DNA of 64,000 nt from an uncultured cyanobacterium (GTDB taxonomy: Bacteria > Cyanobacteriota > Cyanobacteriia > Cyanobacteriales > CAWCAG01), in NCBI GenBank assembly GCA_963793425.1, contig CAWCAG010000005.1, positions 1,504,001 through 1,568,000 of the forward strand, given 5' to 3'. Within the stretch, counting starts at the first letter, position 1. Each line of letters begins with the position of its first letter. Under the pieces are notes generated by a model. That model did not search any database. It was not told the DNA's origin and worked only from the letters and a program-made list of their open reading frames with translations. Made by a program: the position numbers and the translations under genes. Below, in pieces: positions 39,771 through 49,978 of this stretch.

Positions 39771-41696
39771 ATGGTGAAAAGTTCAATACTTTTACAATCT
39801 AGTTTTCTCTCTTTAACTTTGACAAGTATTTTTCTCTCTTCAAAGGTAACTGCTTTTCCTGATAGCCAAAACCATTGGGCGGCCGAATGTATCAAAGTGA
39901 TGTCAGAGAGGAACTTAGTTACAGGCTACCCAGATGGCAGTTTCCGCCCCCAAGGAACTATCACTAGAACCGAGTTTGCGGTGTTAATGTTGAATGCTTT
40001 TCCTAATGCCCCCATCAAAAGAAATAAAACTACTTTCCGGGATGTACCGAGTAATTACTGGGGTTTTCAAGCTATTCAAAATGCCTACCAAAGAGCATTT
40101 TTCACTGGCTATCCTGGAGGTATTTTTCAGCCTAACCAACCTATTCCTAGAGTTCAAGCAATTGCTGTTTTAGCTGATGCTATAGATTACCCCAAACCTA
40201 GCAATGCTAATAGTATTTTGAACCAGTACTATCAAGATGCGGCACAAATTCCTAGCTATGCCCATTCTGTCATAGCTGCTGCATCCCTAAACAATCTTGT
40301 AGTTAATTATCCCCAGGTTCATCGACTAAATCCTAATCTTAGGACTACAAGGGGAGAGGTGGCTGCTTTATTATGTCGCGGCTTGCATATAGATACTATT
40401 CCGCCTCAATATATTGCTGGTATTGTTGCCAAACCTCAGCAAGTACGCCCTTTGCCAGGAAAACTAAATAATGTTCCGGTTTTTAATAGTAATAGTCCTG
40501 AATTAGTACGTACAGAAGGTATCCTCCTTTCTACCTTTCCTCCTACAAATAAAAGCTATCCTAATGCCCATCTTAACTATGCCTTTCAAGGACGTTTTGA
40601 TATCTTTTCTCACCACATTGCTAGGGCAGAAACTGCTTCTCAAACCCATCCTTTATATCAAGGTATTCTGCTTCATAACCCAAGCAACCAAGCTATTACT
40701 GTGGAAATTTTGCAAGCAGCAAGTTATTTAAGTAATCCCGATGCACCTTTTGTTTCCTTACCTGATTTAGCAGATAATTCCCAAGGAGATGTTTTTTCTG
40801 GCCCAGGAGGTAGAGTTATGGGAGATATTTTACGAGGGGTTCGTCAAAGAGAATTTCCTGAGCAAATTACTATCCCCCCAACAGAAAGCAGAATCTTATT
40901 AAACCAAGCAATTCCTGTTAACCGCGCTCCGGCTTCTAACGGACGTTCAACTATGATTAGGCTGCGTAGTAATGGTATAATTCATGTTGCTAATTTAGCG
41001 AAAAAAGCTCCTCGTAATAACAACGGAACTTACCGCCCTCCTACCTTAAGTGAATGGGAACAAATGGTCACAACAGCAGATTTGGCTGGGCCAAGAGATA
41101 GTATACCTACTCCCCTCAATCCTCCTAAACATCCTACAGTTTTTGGTCGGGTAGCCGGTGTATCTCAAGGTTCTCAGTGGAAAGGAAGAATCACAGATGA
41201 AAATGCTAGTAATCTTGCTATTCCTACTCCAGGAAACAGAATTTCTTTTGTACTAGGAACTCTCCATTTAATTACTTTAGGAACGGGACAAATTCAAAGC
41301 GCACCAATGCTTGAACGTTATGCCGATACAGCTTATTTTGCTCATAGTAATTATGGAGTAGAATACAACTTAGTTCTACCTTTAAAAAATAATACTAATC
41401 AACAACAAATAATAAATATATCTTTGCAAACTCCTGTTAAAGACGAAGGAGATACAGAAAGATTATTATTCACTAATCCTCAAGATGAAAGAATATTTTT
41501 CCGGGGTACAGTTAAAGTAACTCATCAAAATGAAGCTAGTTATGTTCATTTAGTACAAAGAAGAGGACAGCAAGGAGAACCTTTATTAACTTTAAATCTA
41601 CTTCCTAATGAAACCAAGGAGGTGCAAGTAGATTTTATTTATCCTCCTGATGTTACCCCGCCTCAAGTTTTGACTATTAAAACTTTATCTCATTAA
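39771..41696 (+). CDS. SLH-repeat + DUF3370-like secreted protein
   Basis: Signal peptide, three SLH repeats (GYPDGSFRP, GYPGGIFQP, TRGEVAA); VFNSNSPE, NYGVEY, YPPDVTPPQVLTI. Confidence 0.8.
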   Translation: MVKSSILLQSSFLSLTLTSIFLSSKVTAFPDSQNHWAAECIKVMSERNLVTGYPDGSFRPQGTITRTEFAVLMLNAFPNAPIKRNKTTFRDVPSNYWGFQAIQNAYQRAFFTGYPGGIFQPNQPIPRVQAIAVLADAIDYPKPSNANSILNQYYQDAAQIPSYAHSVIAAASLNNLVVNYPQVHRLNPNLRTTRGEVAALLCRGLHIDTIPPQYIAGIVAKPQQVRPLPGKLNNVPVFNSNSPELVRTEGILLSTFPPTNKSYPNAHLNYAFQGRFDIFSHHIARAETASQTHPLYQGILLHNPSNQAITVEILQAASYLSNPDAPFVSLPDLADNSQGDVFSGPGGRVMGDILRGVRQREFPEQITIPPTESRILLNQAIPVNRAPASNGRSTMIRLRSNGIIHVANLAKKAPRNNNGTYRPPTLSEWEQMVTTADLAGPRDSIPTPLNPPKHPTVFGRVAGVSQGSQWKGRITDENASNLAIPTPGNRISFVLGTLHLITLGTGQIQSAPMLERYADTAYFAHSNYGVEYNLVLPLKNNTNQQQIINISLQTPVKDEGDTERLLFTNPQDERIFFRGTVKVTHQNEASYVHLVQRRGQQGEPLLTLNLLPNETKEVQVDFIYPPDVTPPQVLTIKTLSH

Positions 41697-42010
41697 AGTC
41701 ACCAAAACCATAAATAGCTTTTGTGAATATAGAGAATGCTTAGTCTGACTTGAGATAGATAAAAAATACTCAAGAATAAAAACTTACTACTTAAAAAGTC
41801 ATAATAATATTTCTCTAGACGGAAGATAGTTAATCAAACCTTAACTTATAATGAATTGTTAAAGCCCGTCTACATTTTTTAGAAAATTGAAGATTCTCTA
41901 TAAATGTTTTTAGATAGGCTGAGTTGAGAAAAATAGATATTCTATTACATAGCTAATAAAATATCTATTTTTCAAATGCTTTTCAAGTAAGTCTGAGGAG
42001 TCATAAAAGA

Positions 42011-42814
42011 ATGTCCCAATTAATTAAAAATACTTTACTCTGGCGCAATTTACGTAAAGGTGCGCTAGCTTTCGCTTTAGTAGGTTTACTTCTTCCTGCT
42101 GCTTGTACCGACACTGAAACAGTAGAGGAAGCAGAAATAGAAGAACAAGAAGAAGAAAACGTTACCGCAGAAGACGTTACCGAGAATACAGGGGATCTTA
42201 TTGGTCAAACTGTAACCGTTAGAAGCGACGTTGAAGCTGTTGGGGAACAGAGTTTCCTCATGAGTGATGAAAAACTATTTAGCGGCGAAACGATTTTAGT
42301 TATTAATGCCACAGGGGAAATTTTTACAGTTCCCACCGATGGTACAGAAGTTCAGGTGACTGGGGAAGTTAGGGAGTTTATTTTAGCAGATATAGAAGAA
42401 GAATTTGCTGACTTTGAGTGGAACCCAGAAGTTTACGAAGATTATGAAAAAAAAGCGGTTATCATCGCTGAATCTCTCGCCGAAGCGCCAGATACAGATG
42501 AATTAACTGATAACCCTGAAGAATATTATGGAGAAGTTGTAGCAGTACAAGGGGATGTTGAAGAGGTTCTTAGTGACAATACTTTTGTAACTGATGATGG
42601 CTTACTTGTGGTTGTTTTAGAGACGGAAGGAGTCTTGACAGAAGGAGAAGAGGTAGCAATGACAGGGGAACTTAAGGAGTTTGTCGTTGCTGATATAGAA
42701 AAAGACTATGATCTAACCTGGGATTTAGATGTTAAAGAAAAAATTGAAGCCGAGTATGAAACTAAACCAGTGTTGATTGCTAAGAAAGTTTATCCTTCTG
42801 CGGTAGAAGAGTAA
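42011..42814 (+). CDS. Highly acidic lipoprotein with two internal repeats
   Basis: Lipobox-like LPAAC; duplicated G..V.V..DVE ... V..TGE..EF..ADIE ... YE.K unit; GAGGAG SD. Confidence 0.75.
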   Translation: MSQLIKNTLLWRNLRKGALAFALVGLLLPAACTDTETVEEAEIEEQEEENVTAEDVTENTGDLIGQTVTVRSDVEAVGEQSFLMSDEKLFSGETILVINATGEIFTVPTDGTEVQVTGEVREFILADIEEEFADFEWNPEVYEDYEKKAVIIAESLAEAPDTDELTDNPEEYYGEVVAVQGDVEEVLSDNTFVTDDGLLVVVLETEGVLTEGEEVAMTGELKEFVVADIEKDYDLTWDLDVKEKIEAEYETKPVLIAKKVYPSAVEE

Positions 42815-42830
42815 CCTGCCATAAATAATT

Positions 42831-42880
42831 AATCAAAAGCGGGGATACGATATTAATATTGCGTCCCCGCTTTTTGATTT
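42831..42880. terminator. Bidirectional terminator between the lipoprotein gene and cphA
   Basis: AATCAAAAGCGGGGA...TCCCCGCTTTTTGATT. Confidence 0.8.
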
Positions 42881-42882
42881 GA

Positions 42883-45531
42883 CTAAACTTCTACAGGTTG
42901 AGAAGCATTACTTTCTACAGATTCCCTTTCTTTAATTAAAGCGATCGCCCCACCAACGCTTTCTGGCAAAATCACCACTAAACCCCCTTCTGTCACCTTA
43001 TCTAAGCCCACTTTAATGGCTTCAGCTTCATTGAGAATTGTCAAACAATCAGAATCAGGTTTCTTGGCGCGAATTCCTTTCACAATCAAATCAGCTACTT
43101 CACCCCGCCCCCTGCCCCTAGTATCTTCATCTTCTTTAACAATAATCTGATCAAAAAACTCTGCTGAGAGTTCCCCCAAGGCGATTAAGTCTTCATCTCG
43201 GCGATCTCCAGGGCCACCCACTACCCCTATACATTCTCCTTCCCAGTTACAGACAAAACTTCCTAAAGCAGCATAACTCGCGGGGTTATGGGCATAATCT
43301 ATCAAAGCATGACCTTTCTCTAGGGTAAAGAGATTCATTCGACCGGGAGTTTGACCCACAGAAGGGGCAAAAGTTCTTACTCCTTGGCGAATAGATTCTA
43401 TTTCCACTCCTTGGGTATAAGCGGCTAAACAAGCAGCTAAGGCGTTAGCAATCATAAAAGGAGCCATTCCCCCCATAGTAATGGGAATATTAGCTGCCCG
43501 TTCAATATGTACAGTCCAGTCTCCAGAAAGGAGAGAGAGGTAGCCATTTTCATAAATAGCAGCCAAGCCCCCTTCTTTTGTATGCTCCTGTACCAAAGGG
43601 TTGTTGGGGTTCATGGAAAAATAAGCTACCTTCGCTTCCACCTGTCCCGCCATATCTGCTACTAAAGGGTCATCGGCGTTGAGAATAGCATAACCTTCCG
43701 GTCGTACCGCTTCTACCACCACGCTTTTAAGGCGGGCTAATTGTTCTATGGTATCAATATCTCCAATACCCAAATGATCTGCGGCGACATTTAAAACTAA
43801 ACCAATATCACAAAATTCAAAAGCTAAGCCGGAACGCAAGATCCCCCCACGGGCCGTTTCTAACACCGCCACCTCAACAGTAGGGTCTTTAAGAATCACC
43901 AGAGCGCTTTGAGGCCCTGTGGTATCCCCTTTTTCCACTAAATGCCCATCAATATAAATACCATCGGTGGTGGTGTAACCAACTACCTGCCCCGTTTGGC
44001 CATAGATATGGGCAATGAGACGGGTTGTAGTGGTTTTACCGTTAGTACCAGTGATAGAAATGATGGGAATACGGCTAGGAGTTCCTTTAGGAAAAAGCAT
44101 CTCCAAAACCGGGGCCGCCACATTGCGAGGCAAACCCTTACTAGGAGAAACGTGCATCCTAAACCCAGGGGCCGCGTTAACCTCAACCACAACCCCAGAT
44201 ACTTCTCTTAAAGGTTTGGTGATATCTGGGGTAACCACATCTATCCCGGCAATATCTAAGCCAATTACCTTCGCAACCCTTTCTGCTAGCCAAATATTCT
44301 CAGGATGAATATCATCGGTACGATCTACAGCAATACCACCAGTGCTTAAATTAGCGGTGGCTCTAAGATAAACAATCTTTCCTGGCTCTAAGATCGTATC
44401 AAGGTTATAGCCTTGGCGCTGTAAAACATCCGTAGCGGTTTTATCTAAAGTTATCCTAGTCAGAACATTATCATGACCATCCCCTCTATCGGGATCACGG
44501 TTGGTTTGGTCAATCAGTTGTTGAATAGTTAACTCACCATCACCAATTACATGGGCAGGGACTCGCTCTGCTACCGCCACAAGCTTACCATCAATGAGCA
44601 AAATACGATGGTCGCTACCCCGGTAAAAACGCTCGACAATTACCCCACGAGTCTTAGCTTCTTGGCTAGCAAAATCGTAAGCTTGTTCTGCTTCTGACCA
44701 ATCTTTAATATCAATGGTGATACCTCTACCGTGATTGCCATCAAGAGGCTTAATCACAATGGGATAACCCCCTAAATCTTCAACGGCTTCTTCGAGTTCA
44801 TTGAAGTAAGAAATAACCGTGCCGTTGGGTACAGGAATGCCGGCATCCCTCAAGATAGTTTTAGTTCCTTCCTTATCACAAGCTAGTTCTACCCCTAAGA
44901 TACTGGAATAGTCACTTAAGGTCGCTTGAATACGTTTTTGGTGGACTCCGTAACCTAATTGCAGCATGGCACGGGCGTTAAGGCGAAGCCAGGGAATTTT
45001 GCGGGCTTCGGCTTCCCTAACAATAGTTTCTGTACTAGGGCCGAGGGCAGAACTTTTAGCGAGATTTTCCAGATCGTCTAAATCTTGATCTAGCTCTCTA
45101 GCGGGATAAGTCCCTGCATTAATGATACTTTGACACAATCTCACGGCGGCTCTACCTGCGTAGCGCCCTGCTTGTTCATCAAGATATTCAAAAACGACTT
45201 GATAAACTCCTGATGTACCCGTTTCCCTGGTACGACCAAAACCCACAGGCATACCTGCTAGTTCTTGCAGTTCGAGGGCTACGTGTTCGATGATGTGACC
45301 CATCATCGTTCCTTCTTGAACTCTACTGAGGAATCCTCCTCGACAGCCTGGAGAACAGTGATGTTCTACCAAACTAGGTAATACTTCAATAAGTCCTTCG
45401 TAGAAGCCCTGAATTTGATTAGAAGGCTTCTCCGCAAGCTCTTCTAAGTCTAAGCGGAGGATGATTAATTTATGCCGTCGAATGCTCCAATAATTGGGGC
45501 CGCGTAAGGTCTGGGTTTTCAGAATTCTCAT
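42883..45531 (-). CDS. cphA: Cyanophycin synthetase
   Basis: MRILKTQTLRGPNYWSIRR start (ATG 45531); ATP-grasp KPLDGNHGRG, EVNAAPGFRMH; Mur-ligase ITGTNGKTT, DYAHNP. Confidence 0.97.
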   Translation of the reverse strand: MRILKTQTLRGPNYWSIRRHKLIILRLDLEELAEKPSNQIQGFYEGLIEVLPSLVEHHCSPGCRGGFLSRVQEGTMMGHIIEHVALELQELAGMPVGFGRTRETGTSGVYQVVFEYLDEQAGRYAGRAAVRLCQSIINAGTYPARELDQDLDDLENLAKSSALGPSTETIVREAEARKIPWLRLNARAMLQLGYGVHQKRIQATLSDYSSILGVELACDKEGTKTILRDAGIPVPNGTVISYFNELEEAVEDLGGYPIVIKPLDGNHGRGITIDIKDWSEAEQAYDFASQEAKTRGVIVERFYRGSDHRILLIDGKLVAVAERVPAHVIGDGELTIQQLIDQTNRDPDRGDGHDNVLTRITLDKTATDVLQRQGYNLDTILEPGKIVYLRATANLSTGGIAVDRTDDIHPENIWLAERVAKVIGLDIAGIDVVTPDITKPLREVSGVVVEVNAAPGFRMHVSPSKGLPRNVAAPVLEMLFPKGTPSRIPIISITGTNGKTTTTRLIAHIYGQTGQVVGYTTTDGIYIDGHLVEKGDTTGPQSALVILKDPTVEVAVLETARGGILRSGLAFEFCDIGLVLNVAADHLGIGDIDTIEQLARLKSVVVEAVRPEGYAILNADDPLVADMAGQVEAKVAYFSMNPNNPLVQEHTKEGGLAAIYENGYLSLLSGDWTVHIERAANIPITMGGMAPFMIANALAACLAAYTQGVEIESIRQGVRTFAPSVGQTPGRMNLFTLEKGHALIDYAHNPASYAALGSFVCNWEGECIGVVGGPGDRRDEDLIALGELSAEFFDQIIVKEDEDTRGRGRGEVADLIVKGIRAKKPDSDCLTILNEAEAIKVGLDKVTEGGLVVILPESVGGAIALIKERESVESNASQPVEV

Positions 45532-45752
45532 AATGATTGTAAAGTCGGACTTCGGAAGCACCAAGAAGCCATATGTTATATCATAAGTTTCTCGCTTCAA
45601 AAAGCAATTAAACTGTTACTGATGAACGGTTTTTCAGTTATCAGTGTGAGGGCAGCCTATTTTTAAGATGTTAAGGGAGATTATTAGTCATTAGGCCACC
45701 CTAGATTATCAGTCGGGGGAATGAAAATGTAAACCTGCTGAGGATAGTAGTT

Positions 45753-46619
45753 TTAATCAGAAGACATGATTTGGCGAGATTCAACTTGATAGCGATCGCC
45801 ATGACAGAGAATGTGCAGACGTAAGTTATGAATATTAAGGGGATCAGCAGTCCCCACCTTACTTTGGTTGGTATAAGATAAGCACAAGGGATCTACGATG
45901 GTTACTGTTCCCTTACCAATAACCCGTAATATTCCATCTTTTTCAAAAACAGCACAAGTATCTTCATCAATACCGATTCCTAAAAGATTAGGGTACATAG
46001 CAACAGCGCTAAGCAAGCGGGCCATGCGATTGCGATTGTGAAAATGTTGATCAACAATCACATCGGGGATCATGCTCAACCCTGTTGCCATATCTACTAA
46101 AGAGCGATTAGGAGACTCGCCACTGCCCCCTCCAGCAATCATACGATGCCCCATAACCGCAGCTCCCGCACTGGTTCCAGCCAAGGTTACTTCCCCTAGC
46201 TGAACTCTTTGACGTACTCGTTCGGCGATGGGAGTATCAGCCAACAAACCGCAGAGTCTAAGCTGATCTCCTCCGGTCATAAAAACCCCGGTACACTCTT
46301 CAATATATTCTTTGTAGCTGCGGTCATCTCCTTGTTGGCGATCGCGGATATCCAAGACTTTTATTTGTTTGGCTCCCATATCTTCAAAGATACGTTCGTA
46401 GCGACCACCTGTGAGGGCTGGTTCCCTAGAAGCTGAGGGAATAATAGCGATTATGGACTCCGAACCACCTGCCCGCTTAAAAAAGTGGTGAAGAATTTCT
46501 CGCCCATGGACTTTATCTTCTGCCCCACCAATCACCAAGATGGCAGTTTTTGTTGATAGAGGCATCTTGGTTTCTGACATTTGAGACTCCAGTTGCAACA
46601 TAAGCTGGCTTTTTAACAT
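45753..46619 (-). CDS. cphB: Cyanophycinase
   Basis: IGGAEDK, TGGDQLRL, GTSAGA, DQHF, GIDEDT; upstream of cphA; start may be 46601. Confidence 0.96.
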   Translation of the reverse strand: MLKSQLMLQLESQMSETKMPLSTKTAILVIGGAEDKVHGREILHHFFKRAGGSESIIAIIPSASREPALTGGRYERIFEDMGAKQIKVLDIRDRQQGDDRSYKEYIEECTGVFMTGGDQLRLCGLLADTPIAERVRQRVQLGEVTLAGTSAGAAVMGHRMIAGGGSGESPNRSLVDMATGLSMIPDVIVDQHFHNRNRMARLLSAVAMYPNLLGIGIDEDTCAVFEKDGILRVIGKGTVTIVDPLCLSYTNQSKVGTADPLNIHNLRLHILCHGDRYQVESRQIMSSD

Positions 46620-46813
46620 AGGGAAAATTAATATTCATTTTTGCTGGCTTACCCGGTGTTTTTGCAAGCAAACACTAGATAAATTAAAAGAAAAGCAATA
46701 ACTGATAACCAAGCTAGGTAGTAGAAATAAAGATTATATGATGATGACAATACTTGGGACAATAGGTATCCTTAAGTGTTAAAGCTTTTAACCGTAATAT
46801 TTCCATAACTACT

Positions 46814-47503
46814 GTGCGAATTGATGTTATCACTTTGTTTCCTGACTTTTTCTCTTCACCTTTGAGTTCGAGTTTGCTAGGTAAAGCTTTGGCAAAGCAG
46901 ATTGCTACTGTTTATTTACACAATCCGAGGGATTTTACTACAGATAAACATAGAAGGGTAGATGATGAACCCTACGGTGGTGGCGTTGGTATGTTGCTTA
47001 AGCCAGAGCCTATTTTTGCGGCTGTGGAATCTTTGCCTGTATTACCTAAACGCGACATTATCTTGCTGACACCCCAAGGTCAACCCCTAAAGCAAAAGTT
47101 GTTGCAAGAATTAGCAACAGATTATGCACAATTGGTATTGCTCTGTGGTCACTATGAGGGAGTGGATGAACGGGTTCGTAATTTGGTGAGGCGGGAGGTA
47201 TCTTTAGGGGATTTTGTGCTTACTTGCGGGGAGATCCCTGCTTTAGCTTTGATTAATGGAGTTGTGCGGCTATTACCAGGGACTGTTGGTAAGGAAGAAT
47301 CCCTGAAAGCAGAAAGTTTTGAGGAGGGTTTGCTAGATTATCCTCAATATACTAGACCTGCTGTTTTTCGAGGCTGGGAAGTGCCAGAGGTACTACGTTC
47401 AGGAAACCATCAAAAAATCGCTCGTTGGCGCAAAGAAGAGCAAATCAAAAGAACAAAAGAACGCCGTCCTGATTTGTGGGAGGATGGGAAGCTGGGGAGC
47501 TAG
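46814..47503 (+). CDS. trmD: tRNA (guanine37-N1)-methyltransferase
   Basis: VDDEPYGGGVGM, CGHYEGVDER, SLGDFVL, YPQYTRP, SGNH. Confidence 0.97.
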   Translation: MRIDVITLFPDFFSSPLSSSLLGKALAKQIATVYLHNPRDFTTDKHRRVDDEPYGGGVGMLLKPEPIFAAVESLPVLPKRDIILLTPQGQPLKQKLLQELATDYAQLVLLCGHYEGVDERVRNLVRREVSLGDFVLTCGEIPALALINGVVRLLPGTVGKEESLKAESFEEGLLDYPQYTRPAVFRGWEVPEVLRSGNHQKIARWRKEEQIKRTKERRPDLWEDGKLGS

Positions 47504-47532
47504 GGAGAAAACTATTAGCCATTAGCATTAAA

Positions 47533-48261
47533 TCAGTTTGCTACTGCCACCTTAAGCATTTCCTCTGGAGTGAGGTTGTGGTGAACCACCTTACCATCAA
47601 GAAACCAGACGATACGTTGGGTTAAACGGGCTACTTCCGGCTCGTGTGTGACCATGATAACAGTCATGCCGCTATTGTTTAACTCAGCGAAGATATCCAT
47701 TACTTCGCGGGTGGTGTGGGAATCTAAAGCCCCTGTGGGTTCATCGGCGAGAAGGATAACAGGTTGGTTAACGATGGCACGGGCGATCGCAACTCTTTGT
47801 TGTTGCCCGCCGGAGAGTTGGTTGGGTTTATTATTGAGGCGACTTGATAAACCCACCCTAGTTAAGGCAACTATGGCGCGATCACGCCTTTCTTGGCTAG
47901 AAACTCCAGCATATAACATCGGTAAGATGACATTATCTAAAGCTGTCATTTGAGGTAAGAGATGAAATTGTTGGAAGACAAAGCCAATTTTGAGGTTACG
48001 GATTTTAGCTAACTCTGATTCTGGCAAAATGGAAACATCAAGATTATCAAGATGGTAACTTCCTGAAGTGGGGCGATCTAAACAACCAATGGTGTTCATG
48101 GCCGTAGATTTTCCGGAACCAGAAGCCCCCATTATTGAGCAATATTCCCCCCTTTCTACTGTTAAATTAACTTCAGAAAGAGCGCGCACTTCAGCGTTAC
48201 CGCTACCGTAAATTTTAGAAATATTCTCTAAACGAACAATCTTTTTCTTTTCATTTAACAT
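47533..48261 (-). CDS. ABC transporter ATP-binding protein (LolD/MacB-like), no adjacent permease
   Basis: GASGSGKS, LSGGQQQR, LADEPTGALD, VTHE. Confidence 0.92.
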   Translation of the reverse strand: MLNEKKKIVRLENISKIYGSGNAEVRALSEVNLTVERGEYCSIMGASGSGKSTAMNTIGCLDRPTSGSYHLDNLDVSILPESELAKIRNLKIGFVFQQFHLLPQMTALDNVILPMLYAGVSSQERRDRAIVALTRVGLSSRLNNKPNQLSGGQQQRVAIARAIVNQPVILLADEPTGALDSHTTREVMDIFAELNNSGMTVIMVTHEPEVARLTQRIVWFLDGKVVHHNLTPEEMLKVAVAN

Positions 48262-48297
48262 TTAAGGAGTGGGGAGTAGGGAGCTGGGGAGAAAACT

Positions 48298-48332
48298 ATT
48301 AGCAATTAGCAATTAGCAATTAGCAACTAGCG
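48298..48332. repeat. STRR (ATTAGCA)4 plus degenerate copy
   Basis: Read directly. Confidence 0.85.
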
Positions 48333-48333
48333 A

Positions 48334-49791
48334 TTAACCATTTTCCAATTCTTGTAGCAAATCTTCAGCAATTTGATACCATTGTTCACGGTACTGTCTA
48401 TCTTTCTCTTCTCCAGTTAAAGTATAATCTTTTAATTGCGGGTTTTGAGAGTAAAAAGTTTCGTTAACTTGGTCGTAGAAAGCTTTCTCTTCAATATCAA
48501 TCTTGTTAAGACGACTAATAATTTTTGCTTGCCTTTCTTGTTCTGTTGAACTGACATTTTCATCTGGCTGGGTGGGCAAAGATTCTTCTTGAGTAGTAGA
48601 AGCAAAAGGCCAGGGAATGAGGGCGAATACTTGTTTAATGCCCCAAGTACCAAGACTAATTAGTAAGGCAATGCCAATGCCGAAAGAGATAATTTTTAAT
48701 ACTCCCTCACTACCCAGATTTTTGTTTAAAGCATTGCTTCCTCCTTGATTAATTTGGCGAAAAGAAGTTAAAGAAGTTAGCATCGTCTTTAAAGGGCGGG
48801 CTGGGGCAACAACCACAGTACGAAGCTTGGAAACAGCTTGATTGAAAACGCCATGATTATGATTGCTAGAAGCAGCAGGAGAAATAGTAGTTGGTGCAGC
48901 AGTTGTTGGAGCCTGGTAAGTTTTTTGCTGGGGTAAAGAACCAGGGGTATTGTTATTTCTTAAAGCTTCTAAAGCTTCTTCTGCTGAGGAATAGCGATCG
49001 CGAGGGCGATAGGCTAACATTTTAGTTAGAAATTCTCGGAAACCAGCGCTAACATTAATAGTTTGTAAGTTCCAAGTAGCATTGGCACTTTCGTAAAGAT
49101 CCTCAGGTTCTCGGTTAGTTAAAAGTACTAATATGGTTGCCCCCAAAGCATAGAGATCACTACTAGGAGAAATCTCACCAAACTGCATTTGTTCTTCTGG
49201 GGCATAACCATCTTTACCAATAATTGTTCCCAATGGCTGTTGATGATTAGCTGAACCAGCACTCATGGCTACCTGCTTAACAGAACCAAAATCAATCAAA
49301 ATTGGTAACTTATCTTTGCTGCGTAAAATAATGTTATCAGGAGAAATATCGCGATGAATGACATTTTGACGGTGGATATATTGCAACACCGGAAGCAGCT
49401 TAAACAGCAATTGAATCAGATCAGCTTCACTAAAGCGCTTACCGGCTTTTAAAAGTTGAGAGTAGGTTTGTCCTTCAATATAATCTTGCACCAAAAACAA
49501 AGATTCTTGCTTACCAATGTTTACCTTGAGCATTTCGCGGAAACAAGGTATTTGAGAATGATTAAGTTGGTAAAGCATTCCTGCTTCCCTCTCAAACAAT
49601 TCCTTAGCTTTATGCCATTCCTGACTATTCTGGACTTGAGGTACAAACTCTTTGAGGACACAAGACTCATGAAAACGATTCGTATTCTCTGCCAAATAAG
49701 TTCTGCCGAACCCTCCCTGTCCTAATTCCCGTACAATACAGTAACGATTCTCTATAATTGAGCCAGGACTAAGCGCAGAGGAAGTATACAT
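48334..49791 (-). CDS. Hanks-type Ser/Thr protein kinase with one TM helix
   Basis: LGQGGFGRTY, HRDISPDN, DFG, YAPEE, DLYALG. Confidence 0.93.
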   Translation of the reverse strand: MYTSSALSPGSIIENRYCIVRELGQGGFGRTYLAENTNRFHESCVLKEFVPQVQNSQEWHKAKELFEREAGMLYQLNHSQIPCFREMLKVNIGKQESLFLVQDYIEGQTYSQLLKAGKRFSEADLIQLLFKLLPVLQYIHRQNVIHRDISPDNIILRSKDKLPILIDFGSVKQVAMSAGSANHQQPLGTIIGKDGYAPEEQMQFGEISPSSDLYALGATILVLLTNREPEDLYESANATWNLQTINVSAGFREFLTKMLAYRPRDRYSSAEEALEALRNNNTPGSLPQQKTYQAPTTAAPTTISPAASSNHNHGVFNQAVSKLRTVVVAPARPLKTMLTSLTSFRQINQGGSNALNKNLGSEGVLKIISFGIGIALLISLGTWGIKQVFALIPWPFASTTQEESLPTQPDENVSSTEQERQAKIISRLNKIDIEEKAFYDQVNETFYSQNPQLKDYTLTGEEKDRQYREQWYQIAEDLLQELENG

Positions 49792-49978
49792 AAATTGACC
49801 TATATCTCTAGAAAAATAAAATTAAAAGCAAAAAGATGGGTTACAGGTTATTTTAACTAACTACATTATCCAACTCTAAATCTACGGATGCGGAAAAAAT
49901 AAGCTAGCAGTTGTTGAAAGCAGCTAGAGATGTAGCCAGGGCAAATAATAAATGATCAAATGTTAAATAATTAATGAT

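Noticed and set aside
45532..45600. N-terminal extension of CphA in the track
   Set aside because: The family-typical start MRILK..TLRGPNYWS begins at ATG 45531.
46620..46813. NtcA box upstream of cphBA
   Set aside because: No GTA-N8-TAC found in this intergenic region.
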